Shown here piece after piece: positions 52,001 to 64,000 of a stretch of DNA of 64,000 nucleotides; within the stretch, counting starts at the first letter, position 1; the number at the start of each line of letters is the position of its first letter. The DNA is from Intoshia linei (taxonomy: Eukaryota > Animalia > Orthonectida). The notes beneath the pieces were generated by a model. That model saw nothing but the letters and a program-made list of their open reading frames with translations, ran no database searches and was not told the DNA's origin. The stretch spans positions 1 to 64,000 of the forward strand of contig LWCA01000020.1 of the NCBI GenBank assembly GCA_001642005.1. The letters are read 5' to 3'. The position numbers and the translations under genes were made by a program.

Positions 52001-55000
52001 ATTTTTTATGTTGGGTTTGGGATTAAGAAGTTGTTGCTCATAAGATTTGGTCAAATCGAATTTTTCACTTAATTTAGGTTGGTAAAATCGAATTTTTCAC
52101 TTAATTTAAGTTGGTAAAATCGAATTTTTCCCTGATGGTTTTAAATAATTTTTTTTATAAATTTTATTAAGGGTGGGATTAATAGTTGATTTAAGAAATA
52201 ATAACTTAGAGGTCGTCTAGGCTTTAGGACAGGGGTCGGCAACCAGGGGTCAACAGAATAATATTGGTAGCTCTTTGAATAAAAATATTTCATTTATTTA
52301 ATTATAAATTTATCAACTTTTAAAAACTTTTCTACCATAATTGGTTTATTTTAATCATTTTAACTCTCAATTTTCAGATTGCTTTTGATATTATTTTGTT
52401 GAATGTGCTCGAACATTGTACCGTTTCTCTTCTGTTAAAATGGAAATTTATCATGTATACATTTTCAAAAACGGGCTCTGTATAATTTTTTGATAAAAAA
52501 AAAAGTGGCCCACGAGACGCAAAATGTTTCCGACTCCGTCTTTAAGATAAATTCTCAACATGTGGCAACTCTGTAATAAATATTAAAAATTCTAATATTA
52601 AACAAAAGTTGATAAAATTTTTTTTATAGTTTATTTGAATCTCGCGGATCCCAAGGCATATAGTTTATAACCACAGGGGGTCCAGGGACCCCAATGGGAA
52701 ACCACTGCTTTAGTTGCTCAAGTTAAACGTTAACATTTAATTTATATCCAAATTAAGCCGTTATAATGATTAATAGTTATCATTGTATTGTGTATACAAT
52801 TCATTGAATAGTAATGTATTGTTTAATTATTAAATTAGGTACTGGACGACAACAAAAAATTATGTTTAGTGAGTGGAGAAGTAATTCAAATGTCATCGAA
52901 CATGAGTCTAATTTTTGAAACTTTGGATTTACTACAAGCTTCAGTATATTTTTTGAAATTTTTTATTAAATTAATGACAATATATTTCTGACAATATTCT
53001 TATCAACCCTTATAAAATTTAAATTAGCCAGCAACTGTCAGTAGATGTGGAATGATTTATCTTGAACCTACGTCATTGGGTTGGAAACCTTTGTTTGATT
53101 CTTGGATTAATACTTGGAAAGATGATTTCAAAGAAGAGCACATTGAATTGGTTCAATTATTATTCAATTGGTTAGTTAATCCGTGTCTAGATTTTATTAA
53201 AAAAAATTGTCAGGTATATTTATACAATATTAATTATTATTAACTTTCCTAGATGTATATGGAATGTGGTCAAATTCATTTTGTCAAATCATTAATGAAT
53301 TTGGTTTATATTTTAATAAAAAGTAGTTTGGATGCCGATAGTGGAAATCAACGATATTTTAGACATTATATTCAAGTATTATATCAATATTTTTATTCAT
53401 CTACTCTCCATGTATTATAATTACAATTATATGTTAAATGATATTTTTAATTGGTATATTAATTTTATAAATTATTTTTAAATTTTGTGGCCCATTCTGA
53501 CTTTTTAATAATCATGATAAGATGTATCAATGGATTCTTTTGATTACTACTATTTAATAATAATCAATTTTTAGGCTGCAATGATGTTTGGGTTGGCATG
53601 GTCTTTAGGAGGATTATTGGATCAAACCAGTCGCCCTAAATTTGATGTATTTTTACGAAATTTACATGAAAATAAAAATGAAGATTATCCTATTCCAAAT
53701 GATTTAGGTGTTGTGTCCGAAGTCGTTTTACCAGAAAAAGGAGTGATTTATGATTATTTCTATGAGGTAATTATCAATGTGATTATTTAGTTTATCATAA
53801 TATTGTAATTCCCGTATTGAACCAGACAAGAAAAAATTCATTTTTTTTCTTTAACATACATTATATTTATATGTACGTTATAAGAATGTTACTTCAAGTC
53901 TTCTTTTAATTATGGGCAATTCAAATAGATTTAATAAAATTAATATTAATTAATTTTAATTATACTATGGATCATAAAATTAGGAACAAACCTGTACGTA
54001 CATGTTCATGATTTTAAAATCTGTATCAATAAGAGTGTATATTTTTTTAGGTTTAAAGATCGTTTGATGTTTAAAAAAAAAGAATAGTTAAAGTAATGAC
54101 CGGGAAGATGTAAGTTTCTGAAATTGAAATTTTTGTTTTGAATTAATTTTATTTTGTTAACATTTGTGTAAAAACTTTTAAAAACCATTTGATGATGTGA
54201 TTTTTTTTAATTTATTAAAAAGAATAAGTGTATTTTTTTTGAAGGGTTTTTTATTGAAGCAATTTTTTTCTACCCAATTTTTAAGATTTTTATGATAATT
54301 CATCGACCAAAACTTTTTAGGATTTTTAAGGGAATATTTTGAACATTTCAAGGTATCTTCAAAATATTTAAAAATTGGATAAAAAAAAGGTCCCTTTACA
54401 ATTTTGATGGAAAAATTATCATAAAAATATTTAAAAATTAAATAGATAAAAATTGCTCCCTTAAAACCCTTTCAAAATTTTAGTCGAAAAATTATCATGA
54501 AAATCTTTAAACATTGAATAAAAAAAAAAATGTCTCCCTTAAAACCCCTTCAAAATTTTCGTCGAGTAATTATAAAAATATTTAAAATTGGGTAAAAAAA
54601 ATCTATTAAAAACCCAACCAAATTTTGGACCCAAAATTATAATCAATTTCTTTAAAAATTAGGCAAAAAACTTTACCCAAAGAAACCACAAAAATTTTTT
54701 GAAAAAATGAATAATATGATAAATTAGTTAAATCCGTAGTAGCGCTCCACAATACATCGCTCAAATTAATGTCACTCTAGCTGTCTGTAATCTCAGGGAT
54801 GCCCAACCTGTCGATCACAGATAATTTTTTTCTCCAAAATTAAAAAATTAAAATTTGTACGTATGTAACTTGTTTATGTCGTTATCTAATAAATAAATTA
54901 GGTCACCATTTCTTAAACTAGGTGTTGCCGATAATTTTCAAATTTACAGTGTTAGTGCTTAGAATTATTCCTAATTTTAATTTTTATGTTTTCTACGATC

Positions 55001-58000
55001 TCATTAAAAAATATTTAGTTAATCATTTTTTATTGCATATTTTTGCAAGGCTATTTTTTGGAAATAGGTTCCGATCAGAAATATTTTTTTAGTCAATGTA
55101 TTAGTCGATCACATCAAAGAAAGGTTAGACAGTGTCCAATGGACTCCCCTGCTCTAGAGAATGGACTTTTTTAAATAAATATATATAAATATAAACTAAA
55201 GGTGAATTGGATTTTTGACCCTGAAAAATCCATTTCGTAAAATGAAATTTATGATAATCCATCACTCTTAAAAACTGTATTAAAAACTGGGTCTTTTAAA
55301 TTCTAGGATTCAATTTAATTTAATTTTTCAATAAAACGCTAACACACTGAAAAAAAATGGTATAGGTTTATATGTTGATAATTCCTGTTTTACCAGGACC
55401 GTGGATAGCCAGCAGTAGGCGCGGTCAGATAGATATTGTTGGGTTCTATGATTTTTTTAAATTTGGACGTCTATACATTGTTTAATCGATCGTTTGATGC
55501 CTAAAATAAAAATAACTGTTGCAAATTGCATTAGTCATCATAATTTTGACATAATTAAGAAATTTTCCAACATTACCTATTAATAAATTAAAATATTAGA
55601 CCCATCATGATTGTAGACAATATTGACCCTTAGCCCATCCTTTGCACGGACCATGGTCTTACCGAATAATTAATTACCTTATACTCTATACTTAGACAAA
55701 GGCTCGAGGTAAATGGAAAACTTGGTTTGATCAAATAAAAAATATTCATTTACAACCTACCAAAAATATTCAAAACATAATGGTACCAACAATCGACACT
55801 GCTCGTTACAGTTTTTTAATGGACTTGTTTATAAAATACGAAATTCCCATGTTATTTGTTGGTCTCACTGGAACTGGTAAAAGTATTTACGTTCAAAAAA
55901 AATTAATGGATGATTTATCAAGAGATAAATACATGCCAATGTTTATCAATTTTTCTGCGCAAACTTCAACGGATCAATTTCAAATGTTGTTATTATCAAA
56001 ATTGGATAAAAAGGGGAAAGGAACGTATGGTCCACCAGTCGGAAAAAAGGCAATTATATTTGTAGATGATGTCAATATACCTACTCCCACAAAATACTTT
56101 TCTCAGCCACCTGTCGAACTATACAGACAAATTCTTGATCAAGGTTACATGTACAACACTCAGGATACAAGTAAAATAAATTTAAAGGACGTATTGTTTG
56201 TCAGTGCCATGAACCCGCCTGGAGGAAGTAAACATTCCGTTTCACGAAGATTTATGCATTACTTTAATATCATGTCTATAGAATCATTCAGTGACGAGTC
56301 TTTAACTAGAATATTTACCACAATGTATCGTTGCTATTTCAAGGTATGTAAAATTTTAAATGTTAAATAATGCTATAATGCGCTACCTTGTCATCACTTT
56401 TGTGTACATTTTACATTTTACATTACATCATAAAAAATTTCCGGGTAGGCGAAAGGTAATTTCTTTTTCTGAAATGGAGGTGCTTTCTTTTAAAGTTTGA
56501 GAACAACTGTTATAATGTTTATTATTTAGGCTGTTGAAATGCCAAATGAATATCAAAAATTGGGAGACAACATTGTGGAAGCTACAAAACTAATTTACAA
56601 AAAATGTATATCACATTTACTACCAACGCCAAACAAATCACATTACGTTTTTAATCTTAGAGATTTCAGTCGAATCATAAGCGGCGTTTGTTTATGTAAA
56701 CGCGAACAAATTCGAACCAAAACTCACCTTATTAGATTGTGGGTTCATGAATCTTTAAGAGTGTTTTATGATAGATTACTTGATGCAAATGACAGAGAAT
56801 GGGTGGTAAACACTGTTAGAATAGTTACAGATAAAATTTTCAATGAAACCTTTGAAAAACTTTTCATGCATTTGCTGGAAAATGAAGAAGATCGAGTAAA
56901 ATTATATTTTATACTATGTAAATGTGTATTTAGGTATCTGAAAACGAAATTAGAAGTTTAATGTGGGGCGATTTCATGGATCCAGATGCAGACGACGAAA
57001 ATAGAGTTTATCAGGAAGTTACATCTTTGAACGCATTCCTAGAAATTGTGCAACAAAAATTGGAAGAATACAATAATACCTTTAAAACCCCAATGAATCT
57101 TGTAATTTTTCGTTACGTCTTGGAACATTTATCCAGAATAAGTAGAATCATTCGCCTTTCCGGTGGCCATGCATTGTTAGTCGGAATGGGTGGCAGTGGT
57201 CGCCAATCCTTAACACGATTAGCCGCGTATATGGCCAATATGAAGGTTTTTCAGCCAGAGATTTCTAAAAATTATGGTATTACCGAATGGCATGACGATT
57301 TAAAAAAAATATTAACACAAACTGGAGCAAATTCAATTCCAACCGTTTTTTTGTTGTCAGACAATCAAATCAAATATGAATCATTTCTGGAAGATTTAGA
57401 CAGTCTTCTTAATTCTGGAGAAGTTCCAAATATATTTGCTAATGATGAAAAAGGAGAAATTATGGAAATGGTTAGACCTGCGGCACAATTAGAATTGGAA
57501 GAAGAAAACGACGGTAAAAATGTTGATAATGAATTAAGCCCATTGGCTCTCTTTGCCTTCTTTGTTAGACAGACCAAAAAATATCTTCATATTGTACTCA
57601 CATTTAGTCCAATTGGATCAGCGTTTCGAACAAGATTACCCAAATTCCCTTCTTTGATAAATTGTTGCACAATAGATTGGTTTCAGCCTTGGCCACAAGA
57701 TGCCCTACGAAAATTATCGAAAAGTTATTTGAATAAATCCAATATAGAAGATGAAGAGAAAATTGAATGCACTAATATGTGCACACTTTTTCATTCGACT
57801 GTCAAAGATTTATCTGTAAAATTCAGACTTGAATGTGGACGATATAATTATGTTACCCCTACAAGCTATCTCGTGTTGATTGAACTATTTCAAAAATTGT
57901 TTAAATTTAAACAAACCAAAACAAGTCAGGAAAGAAAACGATATTTGGTCGGGTTGGAAAAATTAGCTTTTGCTTCCGAACAAATTGGTAAAATGCAAAT

Positions 58001-61000
58001 TGAGTTGGAAGAGTTGCAACCAAAATTGGTTATTTCAGCAGAAGAAAATATCAAAATGATTGGGATTATTGAAATTGAGTCAAAGGAAGTTGATGTTACT
58101 AAGATTAGAGTAGCGCATGAAGAAAAAATTGTTTCGGAACAAGCTGCGTCGTCTCAATCTTTGCGTGATGAATGTGAACATGATTTATCTGAAGCAATTC
58201 CTGCCTTGAAAGCTGCTCAAGCAGCTCTAAATACCCTAAAACCTTCAGATATTACAATTGGTAAAATAATTTATAATTTAAATGTATATTCCTGTTAGAA
58301 ACATTTTATTAAATAGGGTTCTGAAAATTTTTATTTGTTTTGATGGAAAATGGAATGTTTACTTTTAAATTTTATTTTTTTAAATTATTATCTTACAATA
58401 TTAATTATTTATAGTGATTATTTATCATGAATTTCTACTTTCATTTTTGGGTGACAATTTTTTTTGTTAAACGTTTAAAATCTAAACTTTAAATTAAAAA
58501 ATAAATAAAAATAAAATTTAAATATATTGACCGATTCAACTGAGTTTGCATTGGAGATTCCGAAATATTCCGTCGAATAATCGGAAACGTATCAATTTTA
58601 TTGATATAATTTAAATCAAATTTCTAAAAAACTTAAAAATAAATTGTCAAGTAACGTAATTTACCTTAGATTGCAATGTTAAGTAAAATGGTATTTATTC
58701 TTACTTACTAAAAATTTTAAAAGTTCGTCTATTCATGTAACCAGTTATTTAGAATTCCTGAAGCTAAAAAATCATTAATTGAAAGTAATTTTTTAATTTT
58801 TTAGAACTTTATGGTCACAATTTCACTTTTTGAGTGTATTTTTCCATGGGAGTGATAAAGTAAGATTAACACAGAGGTTTCCAAATTTTTATATCACAGA
58901 CCGATAATTTTTCACTAACATTAAATTATTCGCGGGTAAATTGAAACATAATTTCAAAAAAACGTCAAAATATTTTGGCTACATTACTTGTTTACATTCT
59001 TAGTTTAATATTATTTTTTTGGGAACCCACATTTGAACAGCGCGAATTAATTAATTATTAATTAAAAATTAGTTGGCTGTTACTTAATCAATAATTCACA
59101 TCTAAAAAAGGTTCAAAATCATTAGAATAGGCGAATAGTAGATGCTCCACTAAAAGTGGACCACTGTACACATTTTTAGTTTTTCCAGAAATTTTGAATT
59201 TTCATTTATCGGAATTTATATCAATATATTAAAAAATTCGCTTTCTAAATACCTAATTATAATTTATATAGAACCAAAATTTTCGTTAATCTATGTTTTG
59301 TATTTTATATAATATTTAGTGAAATCAATGAAAAATCCACCATCAGGAGTAAAACTGGTCATGGCGGCTGTATGTGTAATGAAAGAAATAAAACCAGAAA
59401 AGATAAATGATCCATCTGGATCTGGTCAAAAAATATATGATTACTGGGGACCTTCAAAAAGATTATTAGGAGATATGAATTTTTTACGTGATTTGAAAGA
59501 TTACAACCGAGATAATATTCCTCTGCCAGTTATGCAAAAAATTCGAAAAGAGTACATATCTAACTCTGATTTTGATCCTAATAAAGTAGCTCAAGCTTCT
59601 CAAGCAGCAGAAGGTAATAAATACAATCAACGACCCCTGTTTTGTCATCATAAAATGGAGACCGTAAAAATTTTAAATTTAATTAATTAAATTTTATATA
59701 TTACTAGCTTGACTGTTATGTACTACGTACAAACAGGACCTTGCTCTACCGAGGCACATTATTATTCTACTAAAAAAATAAATTCACGTTGAAAATCTAA
59801 CTTAAAAATTCCGAAGGAATGAATTATATAAATGTTCACTGCACATTTTTTTTTGAAATTGTAAGATCAATATTTACATTTTCAAGTTTTATTTTAATCG
59901 AAATATTTGGAAAATATTGGTTGATAATATATTAAAAATTATTTTTAATCGGGATCATCAATCATATTAAAAATCCTACAATTCACTATTATCAATCCTT
60001 TAAAGGAGTGGTTTCAAACTTTTTACTTTAAAGTGAATTATTTCATCTTAATTTTTTGTTTGTTAACATTTAAAAATAAAGTAAAAACAGTCCAATCCTT
60101 AAAATTGAACTTTTGTATTTATATCAACTGGAATAAGGTCTATCAAAATAATTTTTTTTTTTAATTTTTGGACCTTTAATTATTTCACATTTTTTGTTTT
60201 ACAAAAAATTTGTTAATAAAATATTTCGAAAAAAAATATATGAATACTAAAATGCTTTTTTGACCGTGAAGTAGTCACTTATTCCGATTGAAATTATATG
60301 TGTGTGGTAACAGGATACAACTGTACAACCTGTAATTTTTTTGAAGTTCTAGGGCTGTTTTCATTAAAAAAAGAAGGGTAATTTGTGGTTTTGGCCCTGA
60401 AGATATTTTTTTTAAATTTAAATTCATCATAATGTTTATGATTTCAAAGTCGGTATCAGCGTATATATTTTTTTAAATTCTACAGCTCGTTTGATTTTCA
60501 AAAAGAGGGAGAATATGGTTTTTGACCCTTAAGATGTGAAATTGGGAGGTTGAAATTTATCTTATTATACGCAACGGAAAAAACTGTATTTGAAATGTGG
60601 TCTTTAAAAAATTCTAAGAGTGTTAGTTATTTCAATAAAGTAAGACACACACACACAAACAAAAATTGCGTCGCCTTTTATATAAGTTAGGATATATGTA
60701 AAGTAATTTAGTTAAAAATGTATGTCTGTTTATTTATTTGTTTGTTCCAGTTTATTTAATAAAATAAAGGAGTCGAGTTTTAAAAATTTTATATTTCTAT
60801 TACAGTTTTCTGAGAGTGATATTTTATTGCAAATTAAATTATCTAAGATTGGTAGTTATTTCAATAAAGTGGAACACACACACAGACACACAAACAAAAA
60901 TCGATATAATTGACTGGTTTGACCAATTTTTGAAATTCTTAAATAATGTTAATAAAATTTTTTTGGTAAAGTGCCAACCATAATTTTGACACAACATTCA

Positions 61001-64000
61001 ATCTAAGACAAACTTACTTTACACGAAACCCCTCCTCGAAACTCATTTTTTCAATTTTTCAAAATTGAAAATAAAAAAAATTACATTTTTGAATAACACA
61101 ACTATTTAAATCAAATTTAAAAAGTAAAATCGAAATCCCTGAGAGATGGCTAGTCTATACTGCATGATGCATCGGTTACTAAAAATTTTAGAGTTTTTAT
61201 TTTTTTATTTTATAAGTTTACGGTCTCGAACATGTAATTTCGGCTATGTAGTCAATATTATATATATAGACCAGTGTTATTCAACCTTTTTTACTACATT
61301 ACCCATATTATAGTACTTATTTTGATATTAACAACTATATTGTTTAACTGCATTTTGGATGGTAGGTTTTTAGAATAAGCCATATAAATTTTATAATAGT
61401 AAATAGTAAATAGTAAACTTTAATTAATATTTTCTAAAAAACTAATTTTACGAAATAGTAAAATAAAGGGGAAATTGTGTTTTTGACACGAAGGACTCAA
61501 TGGGAAAAAATTATATGTCATACGTTATTACATTATATTATGCGACGCAAAGAAATAATCAAATTCCTATTTTTTTAGAACAACTTTCGCGATTACCCAT
61601 GAAAAATATCAAATTACCTACTCGTGGGTAAATACTCCTAGGTTGGGAATCACTGATATAGACTATTAAATAGAATGATAAATAAATGATATAAAAAAAT
61701 ATTTTGTAGGTTTGTGCAGATGGATTCAGGCAATGGAAATATATGATAGAGTTGTAAAAATAGTAGAACCAAAGAAAAAGGCCCTAGCTGCAGCAGATCA
61801 AGAATTGAGTGAAACAATGTCAGCATTAAAATTAAAACAAGACGAACTAAACGAAATTATAGAGAGGTTGGATAATTTAAACGCATCATTTGTTGAAAAG
61901 CAAACCCAAAAAGCAAATCTCGAATATCAAGTGAAACTATGTGCCACAAAATTGGAGCGCGCTGAACAGTTAATTGCCGGATTGGGTGGAGAAAAAGACA
62001 GATGGATTCTAGCGGCAGAGAAGTTGAAAACTGTGTATGAAAATATTTTAGGGGACACACTAATTTCAGCAGCAATGATTGCATATTTAGGACCATTTAC
62101 TCCTAAATTTCGAGAATCGGCATTGGTTAGTTGGACAGAGGAGGTAAAACGAAGAAAATTACCCGGTTCAGTTTTTTTTTCCTTGTCAAATACACTGGGA
62201 GATCCTGTTTTAATTCAGCAATGGAATTTAAATGGATTACCGAAAGATTCATTTTCTATAGATAATGCAATTATTGTGTCAACGTCCAGAAGATGGCCAC
62301 TTTTAATTGACCCACAAGCTCAAGCTAATATATGGATTAAAAATTTTGAAAGAACAAATAAATTGGTCATCATAAAGTTTACCGATTCAGATTATATGAG
62401 AAATTTGGAAAATGCAATCACGTTTGGGAAACCGTTGCTTTTGGAAAATATTGATGAAACTCTTGATGCTTCATTGGAACCCTTGTTATTGAAGCAGATT
62501 TTTAAACAAGGTGGTGTTAAAATGATACGCCTCGGAGATATTCAAATAGAATATTCTGACGATTTTCGATTTTATATAACAACCAAATTAAGAAATCCTC
62601 ATTATTTACCAGATGTAGCTACAAAAGTAACTCTAATTAATTTTATGATTACTCCGCAAGGGTTGGAAGATCAATTATTAGGAATGGTTGTAGCAAAGGA
62701 AAAACCCGAATTGGAAGCAGAAAGGGAAGCTTTGATAATATCCAGTGCTTCAAATAATAAACAATTGAAGGAAATTGAAGATAAAATTCTACATACTTTA
62801 AGTGCGTCAGAAGGAAATATCCTGGAAGACGAATCAGCAATCGTAGTGTTAAATAAAAGTAAAATTTTGTCCAACGAAATTTCGAAAAAACAACTGGTTG
62901 CACGTGAAACTGAAAAAAAAATAAACGAAACTAGACAGGGATACCAACCTGTCGCAACATTATCTTCAATACTCTATTTTTCCATTGCAGATTTGCCAAA
63001 TATTGATCCCATGTACCAATATTCTTTAAGTTGGTTTATAAATTTGTACCTGGCTTCAATTAACGACAGCAATAAATCCAAAATTTTGGAAAGACGATTA
63101 CGATATTTACAAGATTATTTCACTTATAGTCTATATTGCAATATTTGTCGTTCACTTTTTCAGCAACATAAATTGCTCTTTTCTTTTATACTGTGCACAA
63201 ATTTGCTTATCGGTAATAAAGAGTTGGATGTAAAAGAATTAAATTTTTTTCTTACCGGAGATGTTACGCATGAAAACGAAGAACCAAACCCAGCTTCAAG
63301 TTGGTTGGGGGATCGGTACTGGGATGATCTTTGCAAGCTGAAAACACTGCAAGTATTTCAAGATTTTAAATCATCATTTGTTAAGAATCTGAGAGCTTGG
63401 AAAGAGTATTGTGAGGATTTAAAGCCTCATGAACGAATTTTACCGGATGGGTGGGATGAAAAATTAAATAAATTCCAACAATTAATTGTTTTGAGGTATT
63501 TGCGTTTTGATAAGGTTATACCTAGTATAACTCAATATATAACGGAAAAACTGGGACACCAATTCGTGGAACCACCACCATTTGATCTAAACAAAAGTTT
63601 TGGTGAATCTAAATGCACGACACCACTAATTTTCGTTCTTAGCCCTGGAGCCGATCCAACCATGGCTCTTTTAGCCTTTGCAGAAGAAAAAGGCTTTACT
63701 GGGAATAAATTTCAATCCATTTCATTGGGACAAGGTCAAGGAGGAATTGCATGCAGAATTATCGCTAAAGCCCAAATCGAAGGTCAATGGGTTTTGCTCC
63801 AAAATTGTCATTTGGCCATTTCTTTCATGGAAAGACTTGAAAAAATTTGTGAATCTTTATCTGTCGAAACGTGTCATTCTGAATTTAGAATATGGTTGAC
63901 CAGTTATTCCAGTGATAAATTTCCAGTAATTATTTTACAAAATAGCATCAAAATAACCAATGAACCTCCTGCAGCATTGAAAATAAATATGCTTCAATCA
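34080..64000 (+). CDS. DNAH12: Axonemal inner-arm dynein heavy chain, DNAH12-like; many exons, incomplete at the window end
   Basis: N-terminus SKLFKY...[19 protein letters not shown]1 [14 protein letters not shown] (~49220), AAA2 [11 protein letters not shown]3 [11 protein letters not shown]4 GMGGSGRQS. Stalk [25 protein letters not shown]...DYWGPSK...[11 protein letters not shown] is DNAH12-type. The last exon, ~61710-64000, is open to the window end (AAA5, [16 protein letters not shown]) and is missing from the ORF track. The DNAH12 call (over DNAH3/7) is from remembered sequence. Confidence 0.85.
35601..35865 (-). mobile_element. Helitron family A, 3' portion
   Basis: CTAGGTTGACTGTTATGTACTACGTACAAACAGGACCTAGCTCTGCCGAGGGC; an isolated plus-strand 3' end also lies at ~35262-35302. 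Confidence 0.7.
36370..36681. mobile_element. hAT-type MITE
   Basis: TIR CAG(C/G)CATTCTCAAC; TSD GTATAGTA/GTATAAAA; a partial copy lies at 20267-20340. Confidence 0.65.
36790..37610. repeat. ~37-bp minisatellite arrays in direct then inverted orientation, with Helitron 3' ends
   Basis: The unit AAGGGGGTTTTAAGATTTTTTTGAACCAAACTTT repeats on + (36820-37010, 37235-37300) and as reverse complement (37320-37600). Helitron 3' pieces lie at 37020-37100 (+) and 37633-37890 (-). Confidence 0.7.
38833..39580. mobile_element. hAT-type MITE
   Basis: TIR CAGTGATTTCCAACC / GGTTGGAAAGAACTG; perfect 8-bp TSD ACATAGGG. Confidence 0.85.
38953..39035. mobile_element. 83-bp mini-MITE nested in a hAT MITE (P-element-like termini)
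   Basis: 15-bp TIR CAAGGACAGCTTAAA and a perfect 7-bp TSD CTCCACT. Confidence 0.75.
41765..42674 (-). mobile_element. Helitron family A, full-length copy
   Basis: The minus strand reads A|TCCTAACTTATATA ... hairpin ... TCAAGCTAG|T, i.e. insertion into an AT dinucleotide without a TSD. Confidence 0.85.
43620..44038. repeat. Foldback element of ~30-bp subrepeats
   Basis: Ends AATCTGACCATTTTTACTAAAAATC / GATTTTTAGTAAAAATGGTTGGATT; arms are built of TTTTACCAACCCTTAGGGAAAA-type units in opposite orientation. A partial copy lies at ~6630-6720. Confidence 0.75.
47425..48908 (-). mobile_element. Helitron family A, long copy lacking the 3' tip
   Basis: Continuous homology to the other copies, with an internal ~120-bp tandem duplication (47665-47880) and a (CAGA)/(CA) microsatellite near the 5' end. 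A 5' tip also lies at 45505-45623. Confidence 0.75.
49501..50249. mobile_element. hAT-type MITE
   Basis: TIR CATAGGTTCTTAA / TTAAGAATCCATG; perfect TSD ATGTATAC. Confidence 0.85.
49738..49893. mobile_element. Nested ~155-bp palindromic (foldback/MULE-type) MITE
   Basis: AAAGTAGCCAGAAAAAATACGTACTATCAATTTTAGTTTATTTGG is mirrored at the right end; the flanks carry the direct repeat TATTTATG. Confidence 0.75.
51807..52707 (+). mobile_element. hAT MITE with a nested second hAT MITE (52230-52539)
   Basis: Outer TIR CAGTGGTTCCC / GGGAAACCACTG with perfect TSD CTTTAGTT. Inner element CAGGGGTCGGCAACC...TGTTTCCGACTCCGT with TSD CTTTAGGA/CTTTAAGA. Confidence 0.85.
54230..54700. repeat. Degenerate ~70-bp tandem/inverted array
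   Basis: Repeated CCCTTAAAACCCTTTCAAAATTTTAGTCGAAAAATTATCAT..AAAAT.TTTAAA..TTG units, with a reverse-complement unit at ~54240-54330; a similar array lies at ~6730-6970. Confidence 0.55.
59704..60692 (-). mobile_element. Helitron family A, full-length copy with rearranged internal modules
   Basis: Both termini are present (CTAG at 59704-59707; TCCTAACTTATATA at 60692 on the minus strand). Confidence 0.85.
61272..61655. mobile_element. hAT-type MITE
   Basis: TIR CAGTGTTATTCAACC / GGTTGGGAATCACTG; perfect TSD ATATAGAC. Confidence 0.85.

Noticed and set aside
56897-56963. Apparent TAATG-coupled ORFs or frameshift within the dynein
   Set aside because: A short GT-AG intron (~56896-56933) restores the frame.
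61857-63899. Antisense or alternative-frame ORFs over the last dynein exon (and similar short ORFs across other exons and repeats)
   Set aside because: They are shadow ORFs of real coding sequence or low-complexity TE translations, with no motifs.

Overview
Very AT-rich, gene-dense metazoan genomic DNA with many tiny GT-AG introns (about 35-60 nt) and a few 1-3 kb introns filled with non-autonomous DNA transposons. This architecture would fit a compact, divergent invertebrate genome such as the orthonectid Intoshia, but that is an unverified inference. Eight protein-coding genes can be assembled by hand: a small 4-TM membrane protein (-), a TECPR2-like WD40/TECPR protein (-), an intronless divergent serpin (+), a Rho-family GTPase (-), a Golgi-type glutaminyl cyclase (QPCTL-like, +), ZFYVE1/DFCP1 (+), PIH1D2 (-) and an inner-arm axonemal dynein heavy chain most like DNAH12 (+, running off the window end). 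Introns carry one abundant non-autonomous Helitron family, several hAT (Buster-type) MITEs with 8-bp TSDs, a deleted MULE, Tc1/mariner-pogo MITEs and foldback minisatellite arrays. The most notable observation is that PIH1D2, a dynein-assembly co-chaperone, sits head-to-head with a dynein heavy chain, with only 97 bp between the start codons. Also notable are a possibly membrane-anchored serpin without an inhibitory hinge, and a 128-bp same-strand junction containing a TAATG stop-start uORF. Orthology calls rest on remembered family motifs, not database searches.
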